Shown here in pieces: positions 9,118 through 18,785 of a stretch of DNA of 64,000 bases. Both the position numbers and the translations under genes were made by a program. The notes under the pieces were generated by a model. It was not told the origin of the DNA, did not search any database, and saw only the letters and a list, made by a program, of their open reading frames with translations. Origin of the DNA: a bacterium (lineage in GTDB: Bacteria > Vulcanimicrobiota > JABDET01). Location: contig JAJYZB010000001.1 of assembly GCA_021800275.1 (NCBI GenBank), forward strand, positions 392,624 to 456,623, written 5' to 3'. The first letter of the stretch is position 1. Every line of letters starts with the position of its first letter.

Positions 9118-11514
9118 GTGTTTTTCAATCCTGGTATCGGCGACATCCTCCTGGTCATCCTGATCATTATCGCCAGTGTGCCTATTATCTCTATTGTCTA
9201 TTTCATCTCTATCAGGACCCTCAGAAGCCAACTCCAAAATCTCGAAATTAATCTGCAGAGCAGAACCGCAGAATTAATCGAACGAGTTTATCAAATTGAG
9301 CAGCTCCTGAAATTGACCAATACAGAACCCGTAATTCATTACCAGGAACCATCAAAAAATCAGACTGCTGAGGAACATCCAGTCCCTATGGAGATAAAAT
9401 CGCTGACGGAAAACCTGCTCCCTGTTGAAAATACAGCCTTTGCAGCAAACACAGTATCTGCTGAAAAATCTCAGGAGTCTAAAATGGCTGACTTTTCTCA
9501 GGTGAAGAGCACAGAAGAACTACAGCCCTCTTCTCCAGTGGAAAACGACCAGGAAATAAAATCCAGAATTGAGTGGGAAACCATCATTGGAGGAAAATGG
9601 TCATTATGGGTCGGAAGTCTTGCTGTTTTTCTGGCAGCCGCTTTTTTCCTGGCTTATGAATGGCAGAACTTCGGTCCTGGAGAAAAAATCAGCATTGGAA
9701 TCCTTTCAGGAATTATTTTTATGCTGGCAGGAGAACTTTCCCGACAAACAATACAGGAAAAATTTGGGGAAGGACTTCTTGGAACAGGGCTTGCCCTTCT
9801 TTATCTGACCATCTGGGCAGGAGTTTCAGTTTATTCAATTTTTACGCTCGACGCAGCTTTTCTCATGATGTGCTTCATTACGTTGATTGGAATTGCGCTG
9901 TCACTCATGAACAATTCCGAGAACCTATGTTTTATGTCAACGGCGGGAGGATTTCTCACCCCTTTACTGCTTCATTCAGGGATAACTTTCGCTCAAAATT
10001 ATCAACTCACGCTTATTCTCTTTTATCTGACAATCTTAGATGCAGGAATTTTAATTTTATCCCTTTATAAAAGATGGATCAGCTTAAAATGGTTGAGCTT
10101 TATAGGAACAATTGTTTGCGTCAGCCCCATGTTTTTATGGACTAGTCTGACTATCAGCACTAAAAAACCGATATTTTTTTCTTTTTTCACACTCTATTAT
10201 TTTCTGTTCTTCGCCACTTCATGTTTTTACAGTTTAATCCATAGAGAACAAACAAAAGCCGAAGATCTTATTTTACTTCTTGCTGACACAGCTGCTTATG
10301 CCCTCTCCATCTCTTCTCTCCATCTCTCTGCCAGATTTCCAGCCGGTTTCCCCCTATTTCTATCTATGCTTTACTTTTCAACAGCCTGGCTTGTGTATTC
10401 TAATATCAAAGAGAACCTTATTTTAAGAAATACCCTTCTTGGGATTGCGATCTTTTTTCTCACAATCGCAATCCCGCTTCAACTGCACCAAGGTGAAATT
10501 TCTATTGGATGGGCAGTGGAATCTGCTGTTTTAATCACTCTTGGGACACAATTTGAGGACCTGATCCTGCTGAGGGAAGGGCAGATTGTATGGGCCTTAT
10601 CTCTTGGCGCCACCCTTTTCACCATTCTCACCGGCAGATCTGAGCCTCATCTTTTATTCCTGAATCAACGCTCCTTACCCCTTTTATTAAACTTTATGGC
10701 AACCCTCTGGATCACTTACTATACCGCTAAAAAAAAGGAAGGAAACCTTATTCCTGCTTATATTCTGGCTGCTTCTTTAGAAGGGGCATGGCTTCTTGCT
10801 CAAGAAACTTATCTAGGATTCAGTTGGGCAAAATTTCCATCCCCCTCCACCTGGATCCCCGGAGCCATTGATTTTACTTCTATCCTGTGGGCAGGTTATG
10901 CTGTTCTTTTAACTTTCATAGGATTAAAATTTCAAAGTCTCTATACCCGAACGATCTCACAAATCATCCTTTTGCTGGCCAGTATCCTTACTCTTATCCC
11001 CACTTTTTATTTAAACCCAAAAACCTGGCTCCCATTTTTTAATTTGCGCTTTGGAGCTTTTGCCGCTGCAATCCTTGCGGCATATTTGATCTACACCTGG
11101 ACAATAAAAAATTTAGTTTTATTAACCGAGCAAGAAAAACAAAATTTAAATACGGCCGCTCTAATCATTTTCATTCTCGGACTCTGGGGATTAACCCAGG
11201 AAGTTTATATTTCTTTTTGGTTCAGCAGATCTACGCTAGGACCTCACTGGGACAGAGCAGCCCAGCTTGGCATTTCTCTAACCTGGGTATTGTGCGGAAC
11301 TCTTTTATTAATCGCTGGCATTATAAAGAAATACCAGCTGCTTCGAATCCTGGCTTTTGGGCTTCTCGGCTTGACAATACTTAAAGTTTTTCTTCTCGAT
11401 CTCCAGTTTCTCCCAACCTCTTACCGAATTCTTTCATTTTTAGGACTCGGGCTAGCGCTCATCGGAATCTCCTTCCTTTACAGCCGCTTTGGAAGGAATA
11501 TTGAATCAGAATAG
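9118..11514 (+). CDS. DUF2339-like polytopic membrane protein
   Basis: WETIIGGKW motif, many transmembrane stretches, C-terminal KVFLLDL...YRILSF. Confidence 0.8.
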   Translation: MFFNPGIGDILLVILIIIASVPIISIVYFISIRTLRSQLQNLEINLQSRTAELIERVYQIEQLLKLTNTEPVIHYQEPSKNQTAEEHPVPMEIKSLTENLLPVENTAFAANTVSAEKSQESKMADFSQVKSTEELQPSSPVENDQEIKSRIEWETIIGGKWSLWVGSLAVFLAAAFFLAYEWQNFGPGEKISIGILSGIIFMLAGELSRQTIQEKFGEGLLGTGLALLYLTIWAGVSVYSIFTLDAAFLMMCFITLIGIALSLMNNSENLCFMSTAGGFLTPLLLHSGITFAQNYQLTLILFYLTILDAGILILSLYKRWISLKWLSFIGTIVCVSPMFLWTSLTISTKKPIFFSFFTLYYFLFFATSCFYSLIHREQTKAEDLILLLADTAAYALSISSLHLSARFPAGFPLFLSMLYFSTAWLVYSNIKENLILRNTLLGIAIFFLTIAIPLQLHQGEISIGWAVESAVLITLGTQFEDLILLREGQIVWALSLGATLFTILTGRSEPHLLFLNQRSLPLLLNFMATLWITYYTAKKKEGNLIPAYILAASLEGAWLLAQETYLGFSWAKFPSPSTWIPGAIDFTSILWAGYAVLLTFIGLKFQSLYTRTISQIILLLASILTLIPTFYLNPKTWLPFFNLRFGAFAAAILAAYLIYTWTIKNLVLLTEQEKQNLNTAALIIFILGLWGLTQEVYISFWFSRSTLGPHWDRAAQLGISLTWVLCGTLLLIAGIIKKYQLLRILAFGLLGLTILKVFLLDLQFLPTSYRILSFLGLGLALIGISFLYSRFGRNIESE

Positions 11515-11517
11515 AGC

Positions 11518-11808
11518 TTACTGGGTTCGAAAACCCAGAGCATGTTCCCCTTTTAAAGGATAAAAAAAGACCTGATGAATCTTTTCGTATAGGGTGAACA
11601 TTAAGACAGGAGATTTCCCTTCTGATTTATATTCTCCATCATGAACACGAACCGAAATCCAGGCCTCTTTAATCTCCTCAATTTCTGTCACAAGAATATG
11701 ATTTTCTCCACATACAAAAGCCACTTTAGCATCATTGGATTTAGATTCTTTTTTGAATCTTTCCAGCTGCTTTGGAAATTCTTTTTCAAAATACGCTTTA
11801 TCAAACAT
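11518..11808 (-). CDS. Hypothetical protein (96 aa)
   Basis: GGAG/GAGG Shine-Dalgarno upstream of the ATG; convergent with the DUF2339-like gene; protein-like composition. Confidence 0.7.
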   Translation of the reverse strand: MFDKAYFEKEFPKQLERFKKESKSNDAKVAFVCGENHILVTEIEEIKEAWISVRVHDGEYKSEGKSPVLMFTLYEKIHQVFFYPLKGEHALGFRTQ

Positions 11809-11979
11809 AAAAACACCTCTCCTGGTTCTAAGATTCTAATATTTAACGTTTTCCTCCCACACTGAATTTTCCTGTCATGCGAAAGTTGTTCTAAGATGTA
11901 GGAATTGAACGACATCTCACAGAATAATCTTAATGCAGTTGTCCAAGAAGCGCTTTAGAAGCGTTTTTAGATAATTTCT

Positions 11980-12055
11980 GCGGGAGTAGCTCAGTTGGTA
12001 GAGCGCTAGCCTTCCAAGCTGGATGTCGCGAGTTCGAACCTCGTCTCCCGCTCCA
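11980..12055 (+). tRNA. tRNA-Gly(TCC)
   Basis: GCGGGAG acceptor stem, anticodon loop CTTCCAA, GTTCGAAC T-loop, encoded CCA end. Confidence 0.97.
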
Positions 12056-12144
12056 ATTTCGGGGAGGAAATTTCTCTGCCATTCAATCAAAAGAGGAAAA
12101 ATGATGAAGTTTAATTTTACGGAATTAAACGGTGGTTCCAGCCT

Positions 12145-13218
12145 TTGGATGAAAGTATGACCATGAAACAGAAAATCGGCTTTTTTTTTGCTATCTGTTT
12201 TCTTCTCAAAACCTGTCTTGCTGCTGCTGAACCTTTCAGCATCCAGGCTGAACCATGGAAAAAAGCAAATCAATTGTTTCATCAAGATTCAAGATGGGTG
12301 GGGAGTGATGCCGCCTACTCAATTAGCCTTGGAAAGAACAAGACTCTCTGGTTGTTTGGAGATACTTTCATTAATCCTAAAGGAACAGCAAACAGAAAAG
12401 GGGCTTTTTTTATCCACAACTCCATAGGGATCGAAAAAGGACTCAATCCTTCCAGAGCCAGAATTCATTTTTACTGGAGGGAAACAGATCATTCCCCTGC
12501 TCCCTTTTTCCTGAACTCTTCATTAAAAAACAACTGGTACTGGCCAGGAAATGGAATCCTGATCAAAAAACATCTCTTGCTTTTTTTAATGAAAGTTTCT
12601 CGAAATCAAAAAGATCCTCTGGGATTTAAAATTTTAGGGACAAAAGCGATTTTAATCCAAAACCCAGAGGATTCTCCCTTAAAGTGGAAGTGGCAGTCGG
12701 TTGCCCTGCCTCCAAACCATCAGGGGCTTTTATGGGGGACTGGAGGGATTTTCTTTAAGCGTAAAAAACTTTATGTGTACTGTCCAAAAATAGCTGGCAG
12801 TCATGCTGTTTATCTTCTCGAATGGTCTGCTGAGGACGTTCTGAATAGAAACCTGTCACATCCTTTATTCTGGAGCAGAAAACCTGTTTTCTTAAATGGC
12901 GAAACTGAATTTTCAGTCAATTATTTCCCCTTTCTCAAAAAATATATTGAAATCCAAAGTATAGGATTTGGAGCTGCTCCAATTGGATTCAGACTCGCCT
13001 CTAAACCGTATGGACCATGGCAAAAGTTAAAAATTATTTATCAATTCAATCCAAGAAATTCAAAAAATCTCCTGTACTACGCGGCTAAAGCCCATCCGGA
13101 GCTGAAAGGGGCTCCTTTAATTATTACTTATGCTTCCAATACGCTCTATTTCAACCAGCTCATACAAAACAATTCCCTTTACTATCCTCGATTCTTGCGA
13201 ATCAGGTTTTCTAAATAG
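12145..13218 (+). CDS. Secreted DUF4185/DUF5005-like beta-propeller protein
   Basis: Signal peptide (MKQKIGFFFAICFLL; true start is probably a later ATG), WVGSDAAYS, LWLFGDTF, YYAAKAHP, YYPRF. Confidence 0.7.
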   Translation: MDESMTMKQKIGFFFAICFLLKTCLAAAEPFSIQAEPWKKANQLFHQDSRWVGSDAAYSISLGKNKTLWLFGDTFINPKGTANRKGAFFIHNSIGIEKGLNPSRARIHFYWRETDHSPAPFFLNSSLKNNWYWPGNGILIKKHLLLFLMKVSRNQKDPLGFKILGTKAILIQNPEDSPLKWKWQSVALPPNHQGLLWGTGGIFFKRKKLYVYCPKIAGSHAVYLLEWSAEDVLNRNLSHPLFWSRKPVFLNGETEFSVNYFPFLKKYIEIQSIGFGAAPIGFRLASKPYGPWQKLKIIYQFNPRNSKNLLYYAAKAHPELKGAPLIITYASNTLYFNQLIQNNSLYYPRFLRIRFSK

Positions 13219-13292
13219 GTTCTTGACTTGATATCCCTTAAGCAAATTTTCAAATTCAAGGATTTGAAAGCGATTTTACAAAACTTTCCTTT

Positions 13293-13574
13293 ATGACGAT
13301 TCAAGAATTCCAGAATCAGATTGAAAAACTTTATTTTGAAAAAGATGAAAAAAGAGGGATTGAAGGGACTTTCCGCTGGTTTGTGGAGGAAGTTGGGGAA
13401 CTGGCAAAAGCTCTCCGAAAAAATGACCCTAAAAATCTCGAAGAAGAATTTTCTGACTGTCTGGCATGGCTTGTGAGTTTAGCTTCTTTAAAAGGGATTG
13501 ATGCTCAAAAATGCGTTCAGCGCTATTTTCCTCACTGTCCTAAATGTAAAAAGCTTCCCTGCTCCTGCCCTTAA
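13293..13574 (+). CDS. MazG-like nucleotide pyrophosphohydrolase
   Basis: EEVGEL...EEFSD motif; C-terminal CPKCxxxPCxC. Confidence 0.88.
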   Translation: MTIQEFQNQIEKLYFEKDEKRGIEGTFRWFVEEVGELAKALRKNDPKNLEEEFSDCLAWLVSLASLKGIDAQKCVQRYFPHCPKCKKLPCSCP

Positions 13575-13604
13575 AAAAAAGCACCCGCGCTTTCGCGCGG
13601 GAGC
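13573..13604 (-). terminator. Intrinsic terminator of the ECF operon
   Basis: Minus strand GCTCCCGCGC-GAAA-GCGCGGGTGC followed by a T run. Confidence 0.75.
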
Positions 13605-13628
13605 CACTTTGAGGTGGTAGAAGCTAGA

Positions 13629-14177
13629 CTAATGAGCCATTTGAACTCTGCGATCAGGCGGCCCACCTGCCATAGGAGGAGGCATCCGATGCATTGGACG
13701 CAGGAAACATCCCCCCAGAATATGATGAATGATCATCCAAGTGAATGGGATCTGCTCATCTGGTTTTAGTTCAGATCTGATCTTGAAATAAGCATTGACT
13801 AAATTTTCCTGTTTCTCTTTTTGAAGAGTTAAAATTTCTGCAAGCTTTTGATCAAGAGCAGTCCTGGTTGGTTTTGGACTCAAAAGAATTTGCGCCAATT
13901 CAATCTTCTTTTTCATTTGTTCCAAACTGAGCAGCATCTGTTTTTGATGGATTGTCATCATGACTTTTCTAATTTTTTTCATTTCAGAACGGCTGGGGTG
14001 AAAAAAGAATACGTTTCCGCCAGACTTAACAAACATTTGTCTCTGCGCTGCCAGAGGCGAGGAAACTCCTCTTGTAAAACTCCTAGAATAACCTTCCGAT
14101 TTTTTTGAAAATAGCCAAATCGCTCCAACTGCCCCAATAAAGGCGGCAGTTAACATCACAATTAATGATTTTTTCAT
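13629..14177 (-). CDS. Spy/CpxP/ZraP-like extracytoplasmic helical protein
   Basis: N-terminal anchor, Met/Lys-rich helices, LKPDEQ (LTxxQ-like); third gene of a sigma/anti-sigma operon. Confidence 0.65.
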   Translation of the reverse strand: MKKSLIVMLTAAFIGAVGAIWLFSKKSEGYSRSFTRGVSSPLAAQRQMFVKSGGNVFFFHPSRSEMKKIRKVMMTIHQKQMLLSLEQMKKKIELAQILLSPKPTRTALDQKLAEILTLQKEKQENLVNAYFKIRSELKPDEQIPFTWMIIHHILGGCFLRPMHRMPPPMAGGPPDRRVQMAH

Positions 14178-14189
14178 GGTTTTCCCTCC

Positions 14190-14738
14190 TTATTTCTTAA
14201 TGGTTTCCGGCAGCGGTCCTCGAGCAGAACCTAAATTAAAACTTGACAACTCTCCAGCAGCATGACTGCTGTACGAATACTCTGGCAGTGAATCAGGAAA
14301 AACTTGATCCGGTTTAAAAATTGAAGTGGAAAATTCAGACAGAGCAGCAGAATAACCTGCGCGTTTCATTTGATTCGCAGTGAAAATTCTCTGCCTTACC
14401 GCCAGTGCTGCATAAACTAACAGCACTGCCACAAAAGCAGATGAAAGGAAATAAATGGCAAATCGAAAACGGTGCTTTCCTGAATTCAAAACAGATAAAA
14501 ATGAAAAACTCTGCTTGTTTTCTTTTTGGAAATTCGTCAAGAACCTTTTGCATGAGAATGGATCTGGATCTGCAGCAGGAAGATTGTCCAGAGAGCTCCA
14601 AGCGCGATTTAAATGGGAATGGAATCCTTCACAAGCTCTACATTCCTTCAGATGGGATCGAATCATCTGCTGCTCCAATGACTCAAGAGCCCCTTCCTCA
14701 TAATCTGTCAGACGGAATTTGATCTCTGCGCATTCCAT
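14190..14738 (-). CDS. Zinc-binding transmembrane anti-sigma factor (zf-HC2)
   Basis: MEC...HLKECRAC (HxxxCxxC), one transmembrane helix, overlaps the sigma gene. Confidence 0.9.
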   Translation of the reverse strand: MECAEIKFRLTDYEEGALESLEQQMIRSHLKECRACEGFHSHLNRAWSSLDNLPAADPDPFSCKRFLTNFQKENKQSFSFLSVLNSGKHRFRFAIYFLSSAFVAVLLVYAALAVRQRIFTANQMKRAGYSAALSEFSTSIFKPDQVFPDSLPEYSYSSHAAGELSSFNLGSARGPLPETIKK

Positions 14739-15277
14739 GACTGCCCTCCTTCTTGTTTTGTATCCTTCAATTTCTCAGCCAGACGGCATTTTGCTTCATG
14801 CAGACGGCTTTTCACTTTATCCGATGAAATCAAAAAAACCTCTCCTATTTCATCATAAGAAAAACCATAAAACTTCCTGAGAAGAAGCAAAATTCGATCC
14901 TGCGGCTGGAGGGAATAAAAAGCATCCTGAATCTCTAGACGAATCACAGCCTGATCCCCAGCAGACCTCTCTGCCTTTCCCTTTTCCATCGAAAATAAAA
15001 ACAGAATTTTTCTCTTCTGCTTCCTCTTCCAATTTAAACAAGTATTGGTGGCTAACCGATAAAGCCAGGTAAATGCCCCTCCTTCTCCTCGAAAAGTCTC
15101 TGCTTTTTGAAAAACAGAAAAAAAAATCTCCTGGCACAGATCCTCAGCATCCTCTGCAGAACCAGAAAACCGATAGGCTAAATGGTAGATCGGTTTCCAA
15201 AAACGCTCTGTGAAAAGCTCAAATGCCTTTCTATCTCCATTTTTCACCTGAACAAGAAGCAAATTTTCCTGATCCAT
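14708..15277 (-). CDS. ECF RNA polymerase sigma factor
   Basis: AEDLCQEIF, FTWLYRLATN, GFSYDEIGE...VKSRL. Start placed at ATG 15277 (GTG 15280 also possible). Confidence 0.93.
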   Translation of the reverse strand: MDQENLLLVQVKNGDRKAFELFTERFWKPIYHLAYRFSGSAEDAEDLCQEIFFSVFQKAETFRGEGGAFTWLYRLATNTCLNWKRKQKRKILFLFSMEKGKAERSAGDQAVIRLEIQDAFYSLQPQDRILLLLRKFYGFSYDEIGEVFLISSDKVKSRLHEAKCRLAEKLKDTKQEGGQSWNAQRSNSV

Positions 15278-15284
15278 CACTCTG

Positions 15285-15311
15285 TTAGACACCCCTGAAT
15301 GGAAAAAGTTG
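15285..15311 (-). promoter_or_regulatory. Putative ECF-type promoter of the sigma/anti-sigma operon
   Basis: Minus strand CAACTT-N16-TCTAA, one mismatch from the sigmaE-type GAACTT-N16-TCTRA consensus, ending 4-7 nt before the start codon. Confidence 0.6.
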
Positions 15312-15547
15312 GAAGGCTGCAAAATGATTCTTTTAACTTCTCAGAGAGAACTGCCAACAGTCCCTCTAAACACAGCCATTTATTTCACTTCCATTCATTA
15401 TAGATCCTGGCAAGATCGTGTATTTAGTCTGTCAAAATATTTTTTAGGATTGGTTAGATGGGAGCAGTGATCCTTGTTTTCAGATTCAATGGATTAAGCA
15501 GGATTTATCATAAAACTGATACAATTGAATGATTCAGAAGAAGTATC

Positions 15548-15754
15548 GTGAGACAGGTCATTCTTTATACGGGAGAAGATAAGTATTGGATTGCTGAATG
15601 TCCTTCTCTTCCAGGGTGTATTACACAGGGGAACACCAAGGAAGAAGCAATTGCCAATATTAAGGAAGCCATTAGGGGTTATGAAGCTGCCTTGCAGCAG
15701 GATAAACTTCCTATTCCTAAAGAGAAATTTGAAGCTATGCTCTTCGTGGTATGA
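15548..15754 (+). CDS. hicB: HicB-family antitoxin (short form)
   Basis: YWIAECPSLPGCITQGNTKEEAIANIKEAI is the typical HicB RNase H-like core. Confidence 0.9.
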   Translation: MRQVILYTGEDKYWIAECPSLPGCITQGNTKEEAIANIKEAIRGYEAALQQDKLPIPKEKFEAMLFVV

Positions 15755-15839
15755 GCAAGCTCCCACGCATTTCAGGACGAGATGCTGTGAAAGCCTTGCA
15801 GTGGAAGAGTTTGTGGAACTCCTCACAAACCCCTTGTAA
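15751..15839 (+). pseudogene. hicA: Internally deleted HicA toxin remnant
   Basis: ATGA overlap with hicB. Begins MSKLPRISGRDAVKAL (HicA N-terminus) and jumps, out of frame, to VEEFVELL (HicA C-terminus); the GSH core is absent. Confidence 0.75.
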
Positions 15840-15843
15840 ATAC

Positions 15844-15918
15844 TGGTGGGCCGCGCAGGGATCGAACCTGCGACACCCTGATTAAAAGTCAGGTGCTCTA
15901 CCACTGAGCTAGCGGCCC
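15844..15918 (-). tRNA. tRNA-Lys(TTT)
   Basis: Minus strand GGGCCGC acceptor stem, anticodon loop CTTTTAA, GGTTCGATCC, ACCA end. Confidence 0.97.
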
Positions 15919-16022
15919 TTAATCATCTTAGAACTTGTCCTGTTTTTTTCTGCTTTTTCTCAGAACCCCCTTCTTCTGGCAGAAAGGATCTTGTTCTTTA
16001 AGCTGGAATATCAAAAATCGTT

Positions 16023-16751
16023 ATGGAAAAAAGAAAGCTTTTAATCTCCTTTTTATTTCTTGCCTGGATTTGCGCTGCCTCTGGCTGCTCCCGAAAAACC
16101 TTTCACCAACCAAGCCCAAAGCCGGTAAATATGGCTCGTTTTTACTTAAATCAAGGGATTCAGCTTCAAAAATCCGGCCAATTCGAAGCAGCCATTCAAT
16201 ATTATAAACGCTCGATAAAGGTCAACCCAAAGTTTTTCCCCGCCGTATTTGATATGGGACTCTCTTATTCTAGACTTGGGAACTACAAAAAAGCGCTTTC
16301 AATGTTCACTGAATCCACTAAACTACGCAGCGATTTTCCTCCTAGTTACTGTGAACTTGGACTCACTTATGCAAGAATGAAAAACTATCCAAAAGCTCTT
16401 CAAAATTTAACTCGTGCCATTCAGTTAAATCCTAAATATGCCGAGGCTTATCTCAATACCGGAGTGGTTTTTGAGCAGGAACACCATAATAAAAAAGCTC
16501 TCCTGAATTATAACAAGGCGATTCAGCTTAACCCTCATTCAGCACGCTGCTTTGTGGATCGCGGATACGTATATATGAAAATCAAAAAATATCATGCTGC
16601 AGTCCGAGATTTTCACAAAGCGATTCAGATCAATCCCAAGAGCGCACTTGCGTTTAAGGGGCTTGGAAAAGCATATACTGCCCTTGGAGAACAAACAAAA
16701 GCTCAATTTGCCTATAAAAAAGCTGAAATGTTAAAACAAAAATCTCAGTAA
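16023..16751 (+). CDS. TPR-repeat protein, probable lipoprotein
   Basis: Signal peptide ending ASGC; about six TPRs (AIQLNPKYAEAY etc.). Confidence 0.88.
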   Translation: MEKRKLLISFLFLAWICAASGCSRKTFHQPSPKPVNMARFYLNQGIQLQKSGQFEAAIQYYKRSIKVNPKFFPAVFDMGLSYSRLGNYKKALSMFTESTKLRSDFPPSYCELGLTYARMKNYPKALQNLTRAIQLNPKYAEAYLNTGVVFEQEHHNKKALLNYNKAIQLNPHSARCFVDRGYVYMKIKKYHAAVRDFHKAIQINPKSALAFKGLGKAYTALGEQTKAQFAYKKAEMLKQKSQ

Positions 16752-16872
16752 AGCAGCTTTAAATCAATTTTTTCATTTTTTGTTTACTTCTGCCCCATTT
16801 TTTTCACGGTCATTTAATTCTCATTTAATTTCAAATTAACACCAGTTGTTATAATGATTGCATTGGAAGGAG

Positions 16873-17481
16873 ATGAAATCAATGAAAATCAATCAGTGTG
16901 TCAGAGGAATTGTCGTATCAACAGCATTGGCAGTAGGAGCTGGAAGTCTTACAGGCTGCGCATCCCTGCAGCCGATGCAGGATGGCGCTGCTCAGCAAAC
17001 CACGCAGCTGTCCCATGAAAAAGAACTGAGGGTCATCAGCACCAACGAAACCCTTTCCATGCTTAAAGGGCTGGCTGATGGAATTGAAAACAAGCAGATT
17101 CCAGGAACCTGGGCTTGCACAGAAAAAATGGGAATTTTAACCACTTCTACAGGGGGACAGTATATCCAATACCATTACATGTGTGAAAAGAGCCAAAAGC
17201 ATGCGCCAGCAGAAACCCTGAACCCGCAGGACGTTTATGACCACCTCAATGCAATTGCTGTGCCTTATAAGAGCAATTTAGCCTGCCAAAATGCGGAATA
17301 TGTTACGATTAATGGAAACATCGCAAAAACAGGCACTTGCAATGGTCCAGATCCTGGAGGACATGTGAAGCAGCCTGCTGCAGGTTCATCAGGAGTCAAT
17401 GTCAGCGGCACAATGAAATTCTTAGATACAGGAGCTGATATCTTAGCTAAAATTGCCAAATTTGCGACAATTATCCCCTAA
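16873..17481 (+). CDS. Hypothetical lipoprotein
   Basis: GGAAGGAG before ATG, lipobox LTGC, four further Cys in the mature part. Confidence 0.7.
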   Translation: MKSMKINQCVRGIVVSTALAVGAGSLTGCASLQPMQDGAAQQTTQLSHEKELRVISTNETLSMLKGLADGIENKQIPGTWACTEKMGILTTSTGGQYIQYHYMCEKSQKHAPAETLNPQDVYDHLNAIAVPYKSNLACQNAEYVTINGNIAKTGTCNGPDPGGHVKQPAAGSSGVNVSGTMKFLDTGADILAKIAKFATIIP

Positions 17482-18785
17482 AGAATGATTCTAGGGATTA
17501 ATGGAGATAGTACAGGAGGTTCTGTGCCAATACGGTACGCCTCCTTTATTTTTTTTTGGCAGAAGTTAAGTTTCAATGGATCATTTCCTCGGATTTCAAC
17601 AAGAGGTTCCCCTTTCTCAACTTGATCCCCTACTCTTTTTTTCAAAATTATTCCAACAGAAAGATCTATCTTGTCTTCTTTTTTTGTTCTCCCCGCCCCT
17701 AGTAAAAGAGAGGTTCGTCCAACAGCTTCAGCAGAAATCGCCTGAACATATCCCGAGGCATCAGAACACACCGTCTGAATCAAAGCAGCGGTTGGCAGAA
17801 GAGCCGTGTCTTCAACCACTCTAGGATCCCCTCCTTGAGCCTTGATCAGCTCCTCCATCTTATCTAATCCTTTCCCCGAATCAAGAGCGCCAAGCACTTT
17901 TTTTTCAGCCTCGCCAAAGCTGGCGGCTTCCCCACCCAAAAGAACCATACAAGAAGCTAGTTGAACTGATACTTTTCTTAAATCGCCTTTTTTTTCTTCC
18001 CCCTTTAAAATTTTAAATGCTTCTATAACCTCTAAAACATTGCCAATATAATTGCCAAGCGGCTGTTCCATAGAGGTCAAAAAAGCAGCCGTTCTTTTTC
18101 CTGCATGATTCCCGATCTTCACCATGATTTCTGCCAACTTTCCAGCAGCATCCAATCCTTTCATAAAAGCTCCATCCCCAAACTTAACATCCAGAACAAT
18201 CGCATCTGCCCCGGCAGCTAATTTTTTGCTCATCACCGACGAAGCGATTAATGGAAGAGAATCAATGGTTGCAGTTACATCTCTCAAAGCATAGAGTTTT
18301 TTATCAGCGGGAACCAGTTCTTGAGACTGAGCCATAATACTGATTCCTATTTTATTGACCTGAAAAAAAAACGCTTCTTTAGACAGCTCAACTGAAAAAC
18401 CTGGAATACTCTCCAGCTTATCAGCAGTTCCCCCGGTATGTCCTAATCCTCTTCCAGTCATTTTAGCTACAGGGACTCCACAGGCTGAAGCAAGAGGAGC
18501 GCAGATCAATGTTGTTGTATCCCCAACTCCTCCAGTTGAGTGTTTATCCACCTTAACTCCACGAATCCCGCTTAGATCAATTTTCTCTCCTGAATCTCTC
18601 ATCGCCAGGGTAAAATTTAAAAGTTCAGTTTCAGACATTTCTCTAAAATACACTGCCATCAAAAAAGCGGACATCTGATAATCTGGAACCTCGCCTTTTA
18701 CATACCGTGAAACAAGAAACTTAATCTCTTCAGGCGACAGCACCTGGCCATCTCTTTTCTTCTTAATGATGTCAGGTGTCAGCAT
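17478..18785 (-). CDS. pdp: Pyrimidine-nucleoside phosphorylase
   Basis: IIKKKRDG, DKHSTGGVGD, GRGLGHTGGT, LYALRDVTAT, SKKLAAG. Confidence 0.95.
   Translation of the reverse strand: MLTPDIIKKKRDGQVLSPEEIKFLVSRYVKGEVPDYQMSAFLMAVYFREMSETELLNFTLAMRDSGEKIDLSGIRGVKVDKHSTGGVGDTTTLICAPLASACGVPVAKMTGRGLGHTGGTADKLESIPGFSVELSKEAFFFQVNKIGISIMAQSQELVPADKKLYALRDVTATIDSLPLIASSVMSKKLAAGADAIVLDVKFGDGAFMKGLDAAGKLAEIMVKIGNHAGKRTAAFLTSMEQPLGNYIGNVLEVIEAFKILKGEEKKGDLRKVSVQLASCMVLLGGEAASFGEAEKKVLGALDSGKGLDKMEELIKAQGGDPRVVEDTALLPTAALIQTVCSDASGYVQAISAEAVGRTSLLLGAGRTKKEDKIDLSVGIILKKRVGDQVEKGEPLVEIRGNDPLKLNFCQKKIKEAYRIGTEPPVLSPLIPRIIL

Noticed and set aside
11917..12285. 122-aa minus-strand ORF
   Set aside because: Antisense shadow of tRNA-Gly (GAGDEVRTRDIQLGRLALYQLSYSR) and of the next gene.
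13575..15843. Intact genomic island or prophage at tRNA-Lys
   Set aside because: No integrase, phage gene or duplicated tRNA end was found by eye.
15494..15904. 136-aa minus-strand ORF
   Set aside because: Starts inside tRNA-Lys (VEHLTFNQGVAGSIP) and runs antisense to hicB.
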